Positions 30,553 through 40,899 of a DNA stretch of 64,000 nucleotides are shown piece after piece; position 1 is the first letter of the stretch; each line of letters opens with the position of its first letter. Under the pieces are notes generated by a model. The model searched no databases. It worked only from the letters and a program-made list of their open reading frames with translations, and was not told the DNA's origin. The position numbers and the translations under genes were made by a program. The DNA lies in NCBI GenBank assembly GCA_038321985.1, contig JBBQFN010000001.1:32001-96000 (forward strand). Direction: 5' to 3'. The DNA comes from Cyanophyceae cyanobacterium (lineage in GTDB: Bacteria > Cyanobacteriota > Cyanobacteriia > Cyanobacteriales > Laspinemataceae).

Positions 30553-32352
30553 ATGAAAACCGCTATTGCTGGTGTTGCCGTCTTGCTCGTGACTCTGCCC
30601 TCAATTAGGGCAACAGCTTCTCCTCCCTTGATGCTCAAGGGAGAATCTTCCTTAGCAGAAGACGGCCAAGTTATTGAACCCACAACAAAAACTCCCAACG
30701 CCCAAATCAGCGACTTACTCCCGCTGTTATCTCAACTATCTCTTCCTAGGGATATCTCTACTCCCCCCTCTCCTGATAACCTGCTTCTGGTGACTCCAAT
30801 CGAGGGGAATTCACGGTTATCAGAGCAGCCGCCTACTTTGAACAGGACCCTGGGGGATCCGGACCCTCTTTTCCCCCTATCCCAGGGACTTACTGATACC
30901 GATTTTGGGGAGAATACCACATCGGTAGCGGAACTCTCCGATGTCCAACCCACGGACTGGGCTTTTCAAGCCCTACAATCCCTGGTTGAGCGTTACGGTT
31001 GTATTGCAGGGTATCCCGACGGCACTTTTCGGGGGAATCGGGCTTTAACCCGCTATGAATTTGCCGCCGGTTTAAATAGCTGCTTGGAACGGATTAACGA
31101 GGCGATCGCCCGCCAAGGAGAAACCATTTCCCAAGATGATTTAATCGCACTAGACCAACTGCAACAGGAATTTGCAGCAGAACTTGCCACTTTACAAAGT
31201 CGGGTTGAAAGTTTAGAGGTACGAACCGCTGAATTAGAGTCCCAGCAATTTTCGCCCACTGCGGTGTTAGGGGGAGAAGCAATTTTTGCTTTAACGGGGG
31301 GTGCCGGAGGAAAACCACCCGGAGAGGGAGATAATAATCTGGTTTTTTCTTATCTGGCTCGTTTAGGAGTGGTGGCTTCTTTCACCGGCAGAGATAGATT
31401 TCGACTAGAGTTGTCTTCAGGCAATTTTAGCGATCGCGGTTTTGGCAGTCCTGAATCCTTTAATACGGATATGGCATTGCTGTCTTATCAAGGCGGATTT
31501 GGCGATCGCCTAGTCTTAGATAAATTAGAATATCGCTTTGCTCTGAGCGATCGCGCGGTTGTTACTTTGCGACCCGTTGGCTTTAGTTTAAGTAGTGTTC
31601 TCACTGCTAATTCCGGCTATTTTGATGCGGGTCGCGGTGCGCTTTCCCGGTTTGCTGAAGCCAGCCCTATTTTTAAAATTGGTAGCCTAGATGCGGGTGC
31701 TGGGATAGATTGGTTACTGAGCGATCGTGTGCGATTACAGGCCGCTTATGGAACGCGCAATAGTAGCAGTCTGACCGAAGGGGGTGGGATGGTCGGCGCT
31801 GATCATAGTGCGACCGGGATACAACTGCTCCTCAAACCCACCAATACTGCGATCGCTGGTATAACCTATGTGAATGCTTACGCCAAAGATGGCCGCCTGG
31901 ATACCTTTACCGGCAGCTTTCTCGCCGATACCGCTGGGTTTATGGATGAGCCGGCCCAAATCAATGCGATCGGGGGTTCCCTGCAATGGCGCTTCCATCC
32001 GAATCTCACTTTTGGTACCTGGGGTGCCTGGATGTTCACAAACTCCACTGTTTCCGATGCCTCCGCCACTACCACCACCTACCTTTTTTCCCTAGGTTAT
32101 TCCGACCCCTTCGGCAGACCCGGAGATTTGCTCGCCTTACTCGTCGGTCAACCCCCTAAATTAGTAGATGGCACGGATTTATTACTAGGGGAAGACCCGG
32201 ATACCTCCCTGCATTTTGAAACCTTTTATCGCTGGCGAGTCAGCGATCGTATTTCTATTACCCCCGGCGTCATGTTCATCACCAATCCCGAACATAATGC
32301 TGATAATGAAGATATTTTTATCGGCACCATTCGTACCACTTTTCGCTTTTAG
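30553..32352 (+). CDS. SLH-domain OprB-family porin (cyanobacterial iron-uptake/carbohydrate porin type)
   Basis: SDVQPTDWAFQALQSLVERYGCIAGYPDGTFRGNRALTRYEFAAGL SLH motif, coiled coil, C-terminal IRTTFRF. Confidence 0.95.
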   Translation: MKTAIAGVAVLLVTLPSIRATASPPLMLKGESSLAEDGQVIEPTTKTPNAQISDLLPLLSQLSLPRDISTPPSPDNLLLVTPIEGNSRLSEQPPTLNRTLGDPDPLFPLSQGLTDTDFGENTTSVAELSDVQPTDWAFQALQSLVERYGCIAGYPDGTFRGNRALTRYEFAAGLNSCLERINEAIARQGETISQDDLIALDQLQQEFAAELATLQSRVESLEVRTAELESQQFSPTAVLGGEAIFALTGGAGGKPPGEGDNNLVFSYLARLGVVASFTGRDRFRLELSSGNFSDRGFGSPESFNTDMALLSYQGGFGDRLVLDKLEYRFALSDRAVVTLRPVGFSLSSVLTANSGYFDAGRGALSRFAEASPIFKIGSLDAGAGIDWLLSDRVRLQAAYGTRNSSSLTEGGGMVGADHSATGIQLLLKPTNTAIAGITYVNAYAKDGRLDTFTGSFLADTAGFMDEPAQINAIGGSLQWRFHPNLTFGTWGAWMFTNSTVSDASATTTTYLFSLGYSDPFGRPGDLLALLVGQPPKLVDGTDLLLGEDPDTSLHFETFYRWRVSDRISITPGVMFITNPEHNADNEDIFIGTIRTTFRF

Positions 32353-32365
32353 GAGGCTCCTAACC

Positions 32366-32767
32366 ATGTCTAAATCCGTTTCAAAATTAATCATCTCCCT
32401 AACTCTATTCCCCCTCCTGGTGGGCATCCTTTCATCCGCGAGGGTTATCTCCCAAGAAACCCAACCCTGTCTAGTCGAAGCTAGACCCGGAACCAGTCCT
32501 GTCCCCGCTTGTCCCCCCAGACTCCGAACCCCCATTCAACCCACTTTTTCGGAAGAGGAAAGACGCGGATTTCAACAGCGCGGATTTGATAATTTTTTAC
32601 TGGATGCTCTCAATGGGAATAGTGACCCGATCGGCGGCGGAACGATTGGTGGAGGCGTGGAAAGTGATGCCGGACTTGTCCCGATTTCTCCTGAATCTCG
32701 GGGGATTGGGCCGACTTTTGACCCTACCGATGTGATTATTCCCCGGGGTGGGGTGAGGGGTCGATGA
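32366..32767 (+). CDS. small secreted hypothetical protein
   Basis: RBS AGGAGG before ATG at 32366; signal peptide; Cys pair; Gly/Pro-rich tail. Confidence 0.7.
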   Translation: MSKSVSKLIISLTLFPLLVGILSSARVISQETQPCLVEARPGTSPVPACPPRLRTPIQPTFSEEERRGFQQRGFDNFLLDALNGNSDPIGGGTIGGGVESDAGLVPISPESRGIGPTFDPTDVIIPRGGVRGR

Positions 32768-32838
32768 AATTGTTAACCACAGATTTCACGGATTTTCACA
32801 AAAATTTATAGATTTTGCTTTAAAAAAAGAAAATACTA

Positions 32839-32879
32839 TTGACAAGGGGGATTGACTCTGATAAATTTATATTTATAAT
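32839..32879 (+). promoter_or_regulatory. two overlapping sigma70-like promoters
   Basis: TTGACA(32839)-17 nt-TAAATT(32862) and TTGACT(32852)-16 nt-TATAAT(32874). Confidence 0.55.
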
Positions 32880-33057
32880 GGGAGGCTTTGCCTAAATATT
32901 ATTAGCGTCAACATCCCATTATGAATATGATATGGCATCAAGTCAAGAAATGCAATACCCCAACTGGTATTTTTTGGCGGCGCGTTCCAGTCGATGTGAG
33001 GATGAAGGGACCGCTTCTACCTGGTGAGACCTTCATCCAGAGAATCATCAATTTTTT

Positions 33058-34569
33058 CTATCCCAAAAACAAAGTATAAGCGGGATTTTTGTTTTCATCC
33101 CAATAGCGATATCCGAGATTATCGAGAAATGCTTGCCATTGCTGCATTTCTTCGGGCGGGACTTGCATTCCCACGACAATGCGCCCGTAGTCGGACCCGT
33201 TATTGCGATAATGGAACAAGCTGATATTCCAGTTGCGACTCATGTGACCCACGAACTTCATTAGGGCACCGGGTCGTTCGGGAAATTCAAAGCGGTAGAG
33301 TAATTCATTATGGGCAAGGGGGGAATGTCCTCCGACCATGTGCCGCAGATGTAACTTAGTGAGTTCGTCATCGGTAAGGTCGAGGGTTTTGAACCCATTG
33401 TCCTCAAAAGTTTCTACCATATTGGCGGCATCGGCGCGGTTGGTAATTTGCATTCCGACAAAAATATGAGCTTCTTTTTGGTCAGCAATGCGATAGTTAA
33501 ATTCGGTGAGATTCCGTCTACCGATACAGTCTCCAAACTTGCGGAGACTTCCAGGTTCTTCGGGAATGGTAACGGCAAAGATTGCTTCGCGACGTTCCCC
33601 AAATTCGGCACGTTCGGCAACAAATCGGAGGCGATCGAAGTTCATATTGGCACCGCAGGCGATCGCAATTAAGGTTTCGCCTTGGATGCCTTCTCGTTCG
33701 ACATACGCTTTTGCACCTGCGATCGCCAAGGCACCTGCGGGTTCTACAATTGATCGTGTATCTTCAAACACATCTTTAATCGCCGCACAAGTATCATCGG
33801 TGCCGACGAGGATAATATCATCGACATATTGTTGACACAAGCGGAATGTTTCTTCCCCTACTTCGCGAACCGCTACCCCATCGGCAAATAACCCCACTTG
33901 AGATAAGCGCACTCGATGTCCCGCTTGGAGGGATTGGGACATCGCATCAGCATCCACAGGTTCAACTCCGATAATCTTAATTTCTGGACGTAAGCGCTTA
34001 ACATAGGCGGCAATTCCCGAAATCAAACCACCCCCCCCGATCGCCACAAAAATCGCATGAATTGGTTTTTGATGTTGCCGTAAAATTTCCATCCCAATCG
34101 TTCCCTGTCCAGCAATTACATGGGGGTCATCAAAGGGATGAATAAAGGTTAAGCCTTTTTCTGCCTCCAATTCCCGGGCGTAGGCATAGGCATCATCATA
34201 AGTATCCCCATACAACACCACTTCCCCCCCACGTGCTTTTACCGCATCCACCTTGACTTGTGGCGTCGTCACTGGCATTACGATAATGGCACGGGTGCCC
34301 AGGCGCGACGCACCCAAAGCGACTCCTTGGGCGTGGTTTCCCGCAGAGGCAGCAATCACCCCCTGTGCCAACAGTTCCGGCGGCAGTTGCGCCATTTTGT
34401 TGTATGCGCCTCGCAACTTAAACGAAAACACGGACTGCATATCTTCCCGTTTGAGGAGGAGTTGATTATTCAGTCGTACCGACAGATTAGGAGCATACTC
34501 TAGGGGCGTTTCTTGGGCAACATCGTAGACACGGGCGGTCAGGATTTGGACCAGGTAATCGCAATACAT
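33058..34569 (-). CDS. ilvA: biosynthetic threonine ammonia-lyase
   Basis: KREDMQSVFSFKLRGA PLP-lysine motif, ASAGNHAQG, C-terminal regulatory domains (FEFPERPGAL). Confidence 0.98.
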   Translation of the reverse strand: MYCDYLVQILTARVYDVAQETPLEYAPNLSVRLNNQLLLKREDMQSVFSFKLRGAYNKMAQLPPELLAQGVIAASAGNHAQGVALGASRLGTRAIIVMPVTTPQVKVDAVKARGGEVVLYGDTYDDAYAYARELEAEKGLTFIHPFDDPHVIAGQGTIGMEILRQHQKPIHAIFVAIGGGGLISGIAAYVKRLRPEIKIIGVEPVDADAMSQSLQAGHRVRLSQVGLFADGVAVREVGEETFRLCQQYVDDIILVGTDDTCAAIKDVFEDTRSIVEPAGALAIAGAKAYVEREGIQGETLIAIACGANMNFDRLRFVAERAEFGERREAIFAVTIPEEPGSLRKFGDCIGRRNLTEFNYRIADQKEAHIFVGMQITNRADAANMVETFEDNGFKTLDLTDDELTKLHLRHMVGGHSPLAHNELLYRFEFPERPGALMKFVGHMSRNWNISLFHYRNNGSDYGRIVVGMQVPPEEMQQWQAFLDNLGYRYWDENKNPAYTLFLG

Positions 34570-34851
34570 GGGGTCAGGGGGTTGGTAAAAACGGGATAAT
34601 CTTTTATCATACGCTAAAAAACTGACCCCTCTCTAATCTCTGAGCAAAATTGCTAGTTTGTAAAACTGCGAGTGAGGGTAGTCGGTTTAGGGCTAGTGGA
34701 TCCCACTCGGGAAACAAGCCAAAAAAGCCCCTAAAACTAGGGTACAAATATTCTGTGTCTCCTAAGATTAAGTTTCTCTAAAGAAACCCGCCATTTTATA
34801 GGGGAAAAGCTATGATTGCAGACAACCTTTTTTATGGTGAGGATTCCGAAT

Positions 34852-36129
34852 GTGGACAAGTCCATTATTCAGTTAGTTGACGAGCTACCCACTGATAACA
34901 TTACGGTAAAAGTGCTAAAAGCATTGGATTATTTGATGCCCAGTCAGTGGGATAATATAGTTGGTTTTGACAATAGTATCCGATCCATTACCGGAGAAAA
35001 TGACGCCCAGGTTATACAGAAGGTTCGCGATCGGGCTGTTGTTTTGTATCAAGACCCGAAGCAAGGCTATCAAACCGCTATCAAACTGTATCAGACCGTT
35101 GATCGCGCTGATGCAGCTTTAGCAACGGCAGCTTTAGCCAATAAGGTGGGAGAAAAAATCAGTTTTCTGTCATTTTTAAATAAAATGACGCCGAAAGCAG
35201 ATACGACACAAACCATTGATTTATTGCTGAAAGTTGTTGTAGAACTGATTGCGTATTGCAAACTAAATGGGTTGCCGAATCCCAATCCTCAACAATTTGC
35301 TGCTGCCTTGGCGAATAACTATCAAGATGCGGCTTTGATGCGGATGATGGCATTAGTCTGCATTGATGGAGTGTTGCCGTTAGGTCCCAATTTTCTGGGA
35401 AAAATTCACGAAGTGATGACCGGGGATGAAGCGAATATCATCTCGGGTAACCCTGTTTTTGTAGCCATTAATAACTTTATTCCAGGGAATAGTACCTCGG
35501 ATAAAGTCGGATTTATTAATCAGGGGTTTGAGGCAGTGGAAGGCTGGATGAATAACCTAGTCGCGAAAACAGGTGTTACCCCTCAATCGATTGTTCAGAG
35601 TCTGGGAAATTTTATCCAAATTGCTGATGATAATTTAGACTTTGTGGCGGTGTTTTTAGACCAAACCACCAATTACTACGAACATACGGGCATTCAGACG
35701 GTAGCGCGTAAAGTGATTTTAGAGGCTCATAGTTCACTGAAATCAGAGCAACCCATCCCAGTAAACCCCGTAGGGCAAATTAGCGGTTATGCCGTGAATC
35801 AAACCGTAGAAGTTTGGGATGAAGACGAAGAAGATTGGTATGAAGCAACTATCCTCAAAACTAAGGAGAATGAATACTTCGTTCACTATGTCGGGTATGG
35901 TTCCTCTGAGGACGACTGGGTAGATGGAGAAGACGTGCTCGATCGCAATTATTCGCCATCGGATGATTATAAATATGCCGTCGGTCAAAAGGTGAAAATT
36001 TGGGATGATGAAGAGGAGAAATGGTACACCGCCACTATCCAAGAAGTTAAGCGCAAGAAATCTTTCGTGCATTATCTGGATTACGATTCTTCTTATGATG
36101 AGTGGGTAGATAATGATGAAATCAGTTAA
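34852..36129 (+). CDS. hypothetical protein: cyanobacterial helical domain + two C-terminal Tudor-knot/Agenet-like repeats
   Basis: GAGGA RBS before GTG at 34852; repeats YAVNQTVEVWDE..WYEATI..YFVHYVGYGSSEDDWV and YAVGQKVKIWDD..WYTATI..FVHYLDYDSSYDEWV. Confidence 0.82.
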   Translation: MDKSIIQLVDELPTDNITVKVLKALDYLMPSQWDNIVGFDNSIRSITGENDAQVIQKVRDRAVVLYQDPKQGYQTAIKLYQTVDRADAALATAALANKVGEKISFLSFLNKMTPKADTTQTIDLLLKVVVELIAYCKLNGLPNPNPQQFAAALANNYQDAALMRMMALVCIDGVLPLGPNFLGKIHEVMTGDEANIISGNPVFVAINNFIPGNSTSDKVGFINQGFEAVEGWMNNLVAKTGVTPQSIVQSLGNFIQIADDNLDFVAVFLDQTTNYYEHTGIQTVARKVILEAHSSLKSEQPIPVNPVGQISGYAVNQTVEVWDEDEEDWYEATILKTKENEYFVHYVGYGSSEDDWVDGEDVLDRNYSPSDDYKYAVGQKVKIWDDEEEKWYTATIQEVKRKKSFVHYLDYDSSYDEWVDNDEIS

Positions 36130-36361
36130 AAGATTGCGAGGATTAACGACCCGTTTATCTTGCTTCAGTCCTCTCTCTTGACGGATGCCATTATCTCTGG
36201 GATAATTGTAAGTGATCGCTCCTTTTGAGACAAAGGGGCGATCTCGCTCACGACCAACGAATCTGGATTCGGTAAAACTGATAATTGAGCGTGACTATTT
36301 TCTCTAGCTAGAGGGAATGGTCTATTAGAACTATCCAGATCCCCCGAAAACAGGAAAAAAG

Positions 36362-37147
36362 GTGAGTTTGATGGTACAGTCATTCAATTATTCTTCCGAT
36401 AAAAAGTTACCCTTATTAAACAAACTACCTGAACCACTCAAAACCTTAATTAATAAAATTAGGCAGGAGCATTACTCAGAACTTTATGAATCAGAAGCCG
36501 ATGGAACAGCCGCTCTAGACGACGCATTGATCGAAATTTTAGAGGTATTTGAAAATAGCGGAAAGACATTATGCCACCTTCGGTATGTGTGGCTATCCTT
36601 GATTTTCGCCTTAGTAGTAGAACCCACAGTACAATCTTACCAACCTACCAATATTTTTACGAAATCAACTCTTGAATTGCTGGAATGCTGGATATTCTCT
36701 CAAATTGATTCAGACCTAGCAGCCCAAAAATCCCCCCTTGAATTACAACAAGAAATTAAACGCTTAGAAACTATTCTTTCGGAACCCGTTGATACCATCA
36801 AAAATGGAGAAATAGCCAATCTACAAATTATTTCTGAATCGAGAGATGTCTTTAAAAACGTCATTCGAGTTTTAGATCGTGACCAATCGAAAGAAGCCAC
36901 GTTAGAAATTTTAAAGGATTGTTTAGAAGGATATGCAATTTTTCCAGGTTCTTCGGGACGACGTGGTTTATTTGATTGGTGGTTATTAGAAGTAGTTCCA
37001 GCCAGTTGGTATTTATTATCTCCCCGTTCGCTTTATGTAGGAGAAGGCGTAGGAAATCAAGAAGAATTTCAGTTAGAGCGCATCAAAAAACTTCAAGAAA
37101 TCAGCAGTAAAGTGAGGTCTATTTTTACTAAAAATTCCAGTACATAG
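36362..37147 (+). CDS. hypothetical protein
   Basis: 261-aa AT-rich ORF; no family recognised; start uncertain. Confidence 0.7.
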   Translation: MSLMVQSFNYSSDKKLPLLNKLPEPLKTLINKIRQEHYSELYESEADGTAALDDALIEILEVFENSGKTLCHLRYVWLSLIFALVVEPTVQSYQPTNIFTKSTLELLECWIFSQIDSDLAAQKSPLELQQEIKRLETILSEPVDTIKNGEIANLQIISESRDVFKNVIRVLDRDQSKEATLEILKDCLEGYAIFPGSSGRRGLFDWWLLEVVPASWYLLSPRSLYVGEGVGNQEEFQLERIKKLQEISSKVRSIFTKNSST

Positions 37148-37236
37148 AATTTAGGAATATAGATTTATTGAAAATCAGGAGTATTCAGGCGATCGCGCTA
37201 TTGTAAGATAGACCCGATTCAACTCATTGACCACCT

Positions 37237-38214
37237 GTGACTATGCCAACCAATCTCTCTCTTCCAATTATGGGCTGCGGTACTTGGGCTTGGGGTAACC
37301 GGCTATTATGGGGATATGAACCCAGTATGGATGCGGAATTACAAGCGGTGTTTAATCTTTGTGTCGAAAATGGTGTGACGTTATTCGATACCGGGGATTC
37401 CTATGGAACTGGCAAGCTGAATGGACGGAGTGAGACACTTTTGGGGCGCTTTTCTCAGGAGTATCAGGGAGTCAATGCAGACAAAATTTGTATAGCGACT
37501 AAGTTAGCGCCTTATCCTTGGCGGTTGACGCGCCAGTCAATGGTATCGGCAGGGGAAGCATCGGCGCAGCGGTTGGGACGGCTGGATTTGGTGCAGATGC
37601 ATTGGTCTACGGCGAATTATGCGCCTTGGCAGGAGTGGTCGTTGTTGGATGGGTTGGCGGATTTATACGATCGCGGGTTAGTGAAGGGAGTCGGTTTATC
37701 CAATTACGGTCCCAAGCGTCTGGAACGGGTTTATCAAAAGTTTAGCGATCGCGGAGTTCCCATTGTCACCCTGCAAGTTCAATACTCTCTGTTATCTACC
37801 TATCCTGTGACGACGTTGGGGTTAAAAGAAGTCTGCGATCGCCTGGGAATTCAACTGATTGCTTACAGTCCCCTGGCGTTAGGATTGCTCACGGGAAAAT
37901 ACTCAGAAAAGGGTCCATTTCCTCCGGGGATTCGTGGGTTGCTGTTTCGGAATATTTTACCCAAAATTCAGCCCTTGTTAGACTGTTTGGGAGCAATTGC
38001 CTCAAACCGAAATAAAACCATGTCCCAGGTTGCTATCAATTGGTGCATCTGCAAAGGGATGATTCCCATTCCCGGTGCAAAAAGTGTGAAACAGGCTCAA
38101 CAAAATCTCGGTGCCCTGGGTTGGAGTTTAGATGCGGGGGAAATAGAAGAACTGGATAAAGTAGCGGCAAATTCCAAGAAAACAATGGTGCAAAATAACT
38201 TTCAAACTACTTAA
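37237..38214 (+). CDS. aldo/keto reductase (pyridoxal reductase-like)
   Basis: GCGTWAWG, FDTGDSYG, IATK, VGLSNY, AYSPLALG and PIPGAKS motifs. Confidence 0.94.
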   Translation: MTMPTNLSLPIMGCGTWAWGNRLLWGYEPSMDAELQAVFNLCVENGVTLFDTGDSYGTGKLNGRSETLLGRFSQEYQGVNADKICIATKLAPYPWRLTRQSMVSAGEASAQRLGRLDLVQMHWSTANYAPWQEWSLLDGLADLYDRGLVKGVGLSNYGPKRLERVYQKFSDRGVPIVTLQVQYSLLSTYPVTTLGLKEVCDRLGIQLIAYSPLALGLLTGKYSEKGPFPPGIRGLLFRNILPKIQPLLDCLGAIASNRNKTMSQVAINWCICKGMIPIPGAKSVKQAQQNLGALGWSLDAGEIEELDKVAANSKKTMVQNNFQTT

Positions 38215-38342
38215 AATAGCCTGAGTTTGTTGGATACTTTCCAAAAATAATTCTTGTCCCTGCCGGTAATTTTCTCCCCACAGTAGATTTATCTTTAATA
38301 GAAAATCAAAGTATCACATTTAGAGGATTTTGTCCAGTCATT

Positions 38343-39650
38343 TTACAGTAATTTTAGTTGCACTGAGGCATCATCGATCGCCTCCCTCTGTTCCCTATCT
38401 TCAGCATTTGAGGAAAAGTGCCACATCTGCTCATCTCCGGCCAATAAACCCTCTGCTGCTTCTAGCAAATCGGTTTTGATATCCTCTAAGCCTTCTCGAT
38501 TGTCTAAATAGGTTTGTAGCGCACTCAGGGGATCAATTCCAGCCCCAGCATTCAGTTCGGGAACTCGGGGTCGGGCAAGTTGGCTGACGAGTTCGGCTTG
38601 AATGGTGTAGTTATGTGCGTCGCTTAAGGCTTGATGAATGGTGGTGTTATCAATTAAATCAATTTGGTGCGATCGCAATTGATAAATCAGTCTCACAACT
38701 GCATCCTTAATCTCCTGTTTGCCGACTGCCTTTAAAATCTGCTCTTGGGGATTCTCCGCCTCTGATACATCCACTTTAATGGTCTTAAAAGCTCGCACAA
38801 CCAACGGGCAGAATTCCCACTTGGCTTGTCCCCGTTCTAATTCCACCATTACATAGCCTTTATCTTCCTTCTGCTCACTAAAATCAACCCGTTCAATACT
38901 CCCGGGATAAACCACTGGCGGATTGTTCGTGGGATTCAAGTTCTGGTGGCGGTGAACATGACCCAATGCTACATAATCAAACTCGGAGCGAATTAACAGG
39001 GAAATCGGAATCGTAAACCCCTTCCCGACAGCCAAAAACCGTTCCGCCCCTAATTCCGCGCGATCGGCCATCAAATGTGCCAGCAGGACCGTTGGCACCG
39101 TGTCGTCCAGTTTGCGGACTTCCCCTTCTAAAACGACTCGCAAACGGTCAATTAATAACTGATTCACATCCGAGAGCGAAATTCCCTCGGTTTGCGATCG
39201 CGTCATTAGGGTAGAACGAGTAATCCAAGGCAAGGTAATAATCTGCACTGGACCCTTGGCAGTTTCTAGGCGATGAGTCGTGAGGCTATCACCGACAATA
39301 AACCCCGGGACTCCCAAAGTGCGATAAATGGATAAACTTGCTCCCCCTTGTCCTTGGGAATGTTGATCATGGTTGCCGACGAGCAAAACTGTGGGGATAT
39401 TTGCCTCGACTAACCGATGAAATTGACGCGCAAACGCTTCCTGGACAAACGGAGGTGGTGTGGAATCGGGAAAGGCATCCCCGCCAAACAAAACTAAATC
39501 CACGGGTTCTGCAATGGCGCGATCGATACAGCGACTCAAGGTGCTGACAAAATCTTCTAATCGCGTATTCAAGCCCGTGGCTGGATTGATCCGTCCGTGG
39601 GAAAACCCACTGCCGATATGGATATCTGAAAGATGCAGAATTTTAATCAT
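38343..39650 (-). CDS. sbcD: exonuclease subunit SbcD (Mre11-like)
   Basis: LHLSDIHIG, GGDAF, VGNHD, YVALGHVH and YPGSIERVDFSE motifs. Confidence 0.93.
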   Translation of the reverse strand: MIKILHLSDIHIGSGFSHGRINPATGLNTRLEDFVSTLSRCIDRAIAEPVDLVLFGGDAFPDSTPPPFVQEAFARQFHRLVEANIPTVLLVGNHDQHSQGQGGASLSIYRTLGVPGFIVGDSLTTHRLETAKGPVQIITLPWITRSTLMTRSQTEGISLSDVNQLLIDRLRVVLEGEVRKLDDTVPTVLLAHLMADRAELGAERFLAVGKGFTIPISLLIRSEFDYVALGHVHRHQNLNPTNNPPVVYPGSIERVDFSEQKEDKGYVMVELERGQAKWEFCPLVVRAFKTIKVDVSEAENPQEQILKAVGKQEIKDAVVRLIYQLRSHQIDLIDNTTIHQALSDAHNYTIQAELVSQLARPRVPELNAGAGIDPLSALQTYLDNREGLEDIKTDLLEAAEGLLAGDEQMWHFSSNAEDREQREAIDDASVQLKLL

Positions 39651-39766
39651 GGGTTGTTATTAGTCCTTTGTCCTTTGTCTATTGTGCTTTGTTTCTTCTG
39701 ACTTGCACAAACTGGCGAGATCGCCTTGCTAATAAACCCGAGGACAAAAGACTATATAACTTCCCT

Positions 39767-40528
39767 TTAGATATGAATGCCGCATTCGCTTTTAGCCGAA
39801 CCCCGCCAGCGTCCAGCGCGTTCATGTTCCCCTGTACCCACTGGAGTCGTGAGGGGTTCATCCCCAATGCTGCCATACCCTTGATCATGGAGGGTATTGT
39901 ATGGGACACCATGTTGCATGATGTAACCCCAGGTTTCTTTGCGGGTCCAATTTGCTAGGGGATTGACTTTGATGCGTCCGTCGTTATCCCGTTCAAAGAT
40001 GGGCATTTGGGCGCGAGAGCTAGATTGGTCCCGACGGCGTCCGGTGATCCAGGCGACGACATTGAGTTCTTCCAAGCCTCGTTTCAACGGTTCCACTTTC
40101 GTGAGATAGTGGAATTCTTCGACGTTGCTGTGCCATAAAGCAGTACCGTACTGTTGGGCAAACTCTTGGCGATCGCTGGCCTCGGAATTTTTGTAGATAT
40201 GCAAATCTAAGTTGTAATGCTGCTTAGAGCGTTCTACCAGTTCGAGGGTCTCGGCAAAGTGGTGCAAAGTGTCCAGAAACAGCACAGGCACCGGGGGATT
40301 GGATTTCAATTCACGGTAGAGGAGGTCCATGACAACCATGCCGCTGGCTCCAAATGCCGTGCTTTGCACAAGCCCTGTGGGAAAATTGTTGATGCACCAA
40401 GCCAGAATCTCCTGGGGATGGGATGACTCAAATCGTTGGTTGAGTTCATCTAGGTCGAGACTGGTGGTGGATTTAGTGCGTGCCTGTACTGAGTTGACCA
40501 TGCTCGTTTCTTTACTGTAATCAGTCAT
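39767..40528 (-). CDS. cysH: phosphoadenosine phosphosulfate reductase
   Basis: FLDTLHHF.ET, WITGRRRDQ, GYGSIGD and terminal ECGIH motifs; lacks the CC..CxxC iron-sulfur ligands of APS reductases. Confidence 0.95.
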   Translation of the reverse strand: MTDYSKETSMVNSVQARTKSTTSLDLDELNQRFESSHPQEILAWCINNFPTGLVQSTAFGASGMVVMDLLYRELKSNPPVPVLFLDTLHHFAETLELVERSKQHYNLDLHIYKNSEASDRQEFAQQYGTALWHSNVEEFHYLTKVEPLKRGLEELNVVAWITGRRRDQSSSRAQMPIFERDNDGRIKVNPLANWTRKETWGYIMQHGVPYNTLHDQGYGSIGDEPLTTPVGTGEHERAGRWRGSAKSECGIHI

Positions 40529-40899
40529 TTAAGGGTTTCCAAAATCAATCATACCTTAAAACACCCGTAACTTGGTCGGGAATAAGTATTTTATTTCTTA
40601 AGGAGGAGTTTAGCGGTGTACTTGCTTCTTTCTAAGGGCTGAAAATCCCTACTCCAAAAGCCTTACATTACTTGGTAAAGTTTTGTAAAGTTCCCGAGAA
40701 GAATAGAAGGGATGCCCTCAAATGTGCCTCCTTAACCCAGGGATGTCTATGGGGTACCTTCCGATTAAGACGTGAGTATTTAGGCTTAAGTGCCACAAAA
40801 ATTATACCCCAATTGGAGGAGATCGCCGCATCCACTCCAGTGATGATTAATGCTTGCTTTCCCATAAAATAAACCCAGTTGGGGTCTGGAGTAAATAGA

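Noticed and set aside
32216..32365. Upstream extension of the 183-aa ORF
   Set aside because: It overlaps the porin 3' end; the RBS and signal peptide indicate a start at 32366.
38343..39650. sbcD without sbcC as a possible defence nuclease
   Set aside because: sbcC and sbcD are often unlinked in cyanobacteria, and the neighbours are housekeeping genes.
40668..40872. Overlapping 65-66 aa ORFs on both strands between cysH and the glutaredoxin gene
   Set aside because: Divergent promoter region with no coding signatures.
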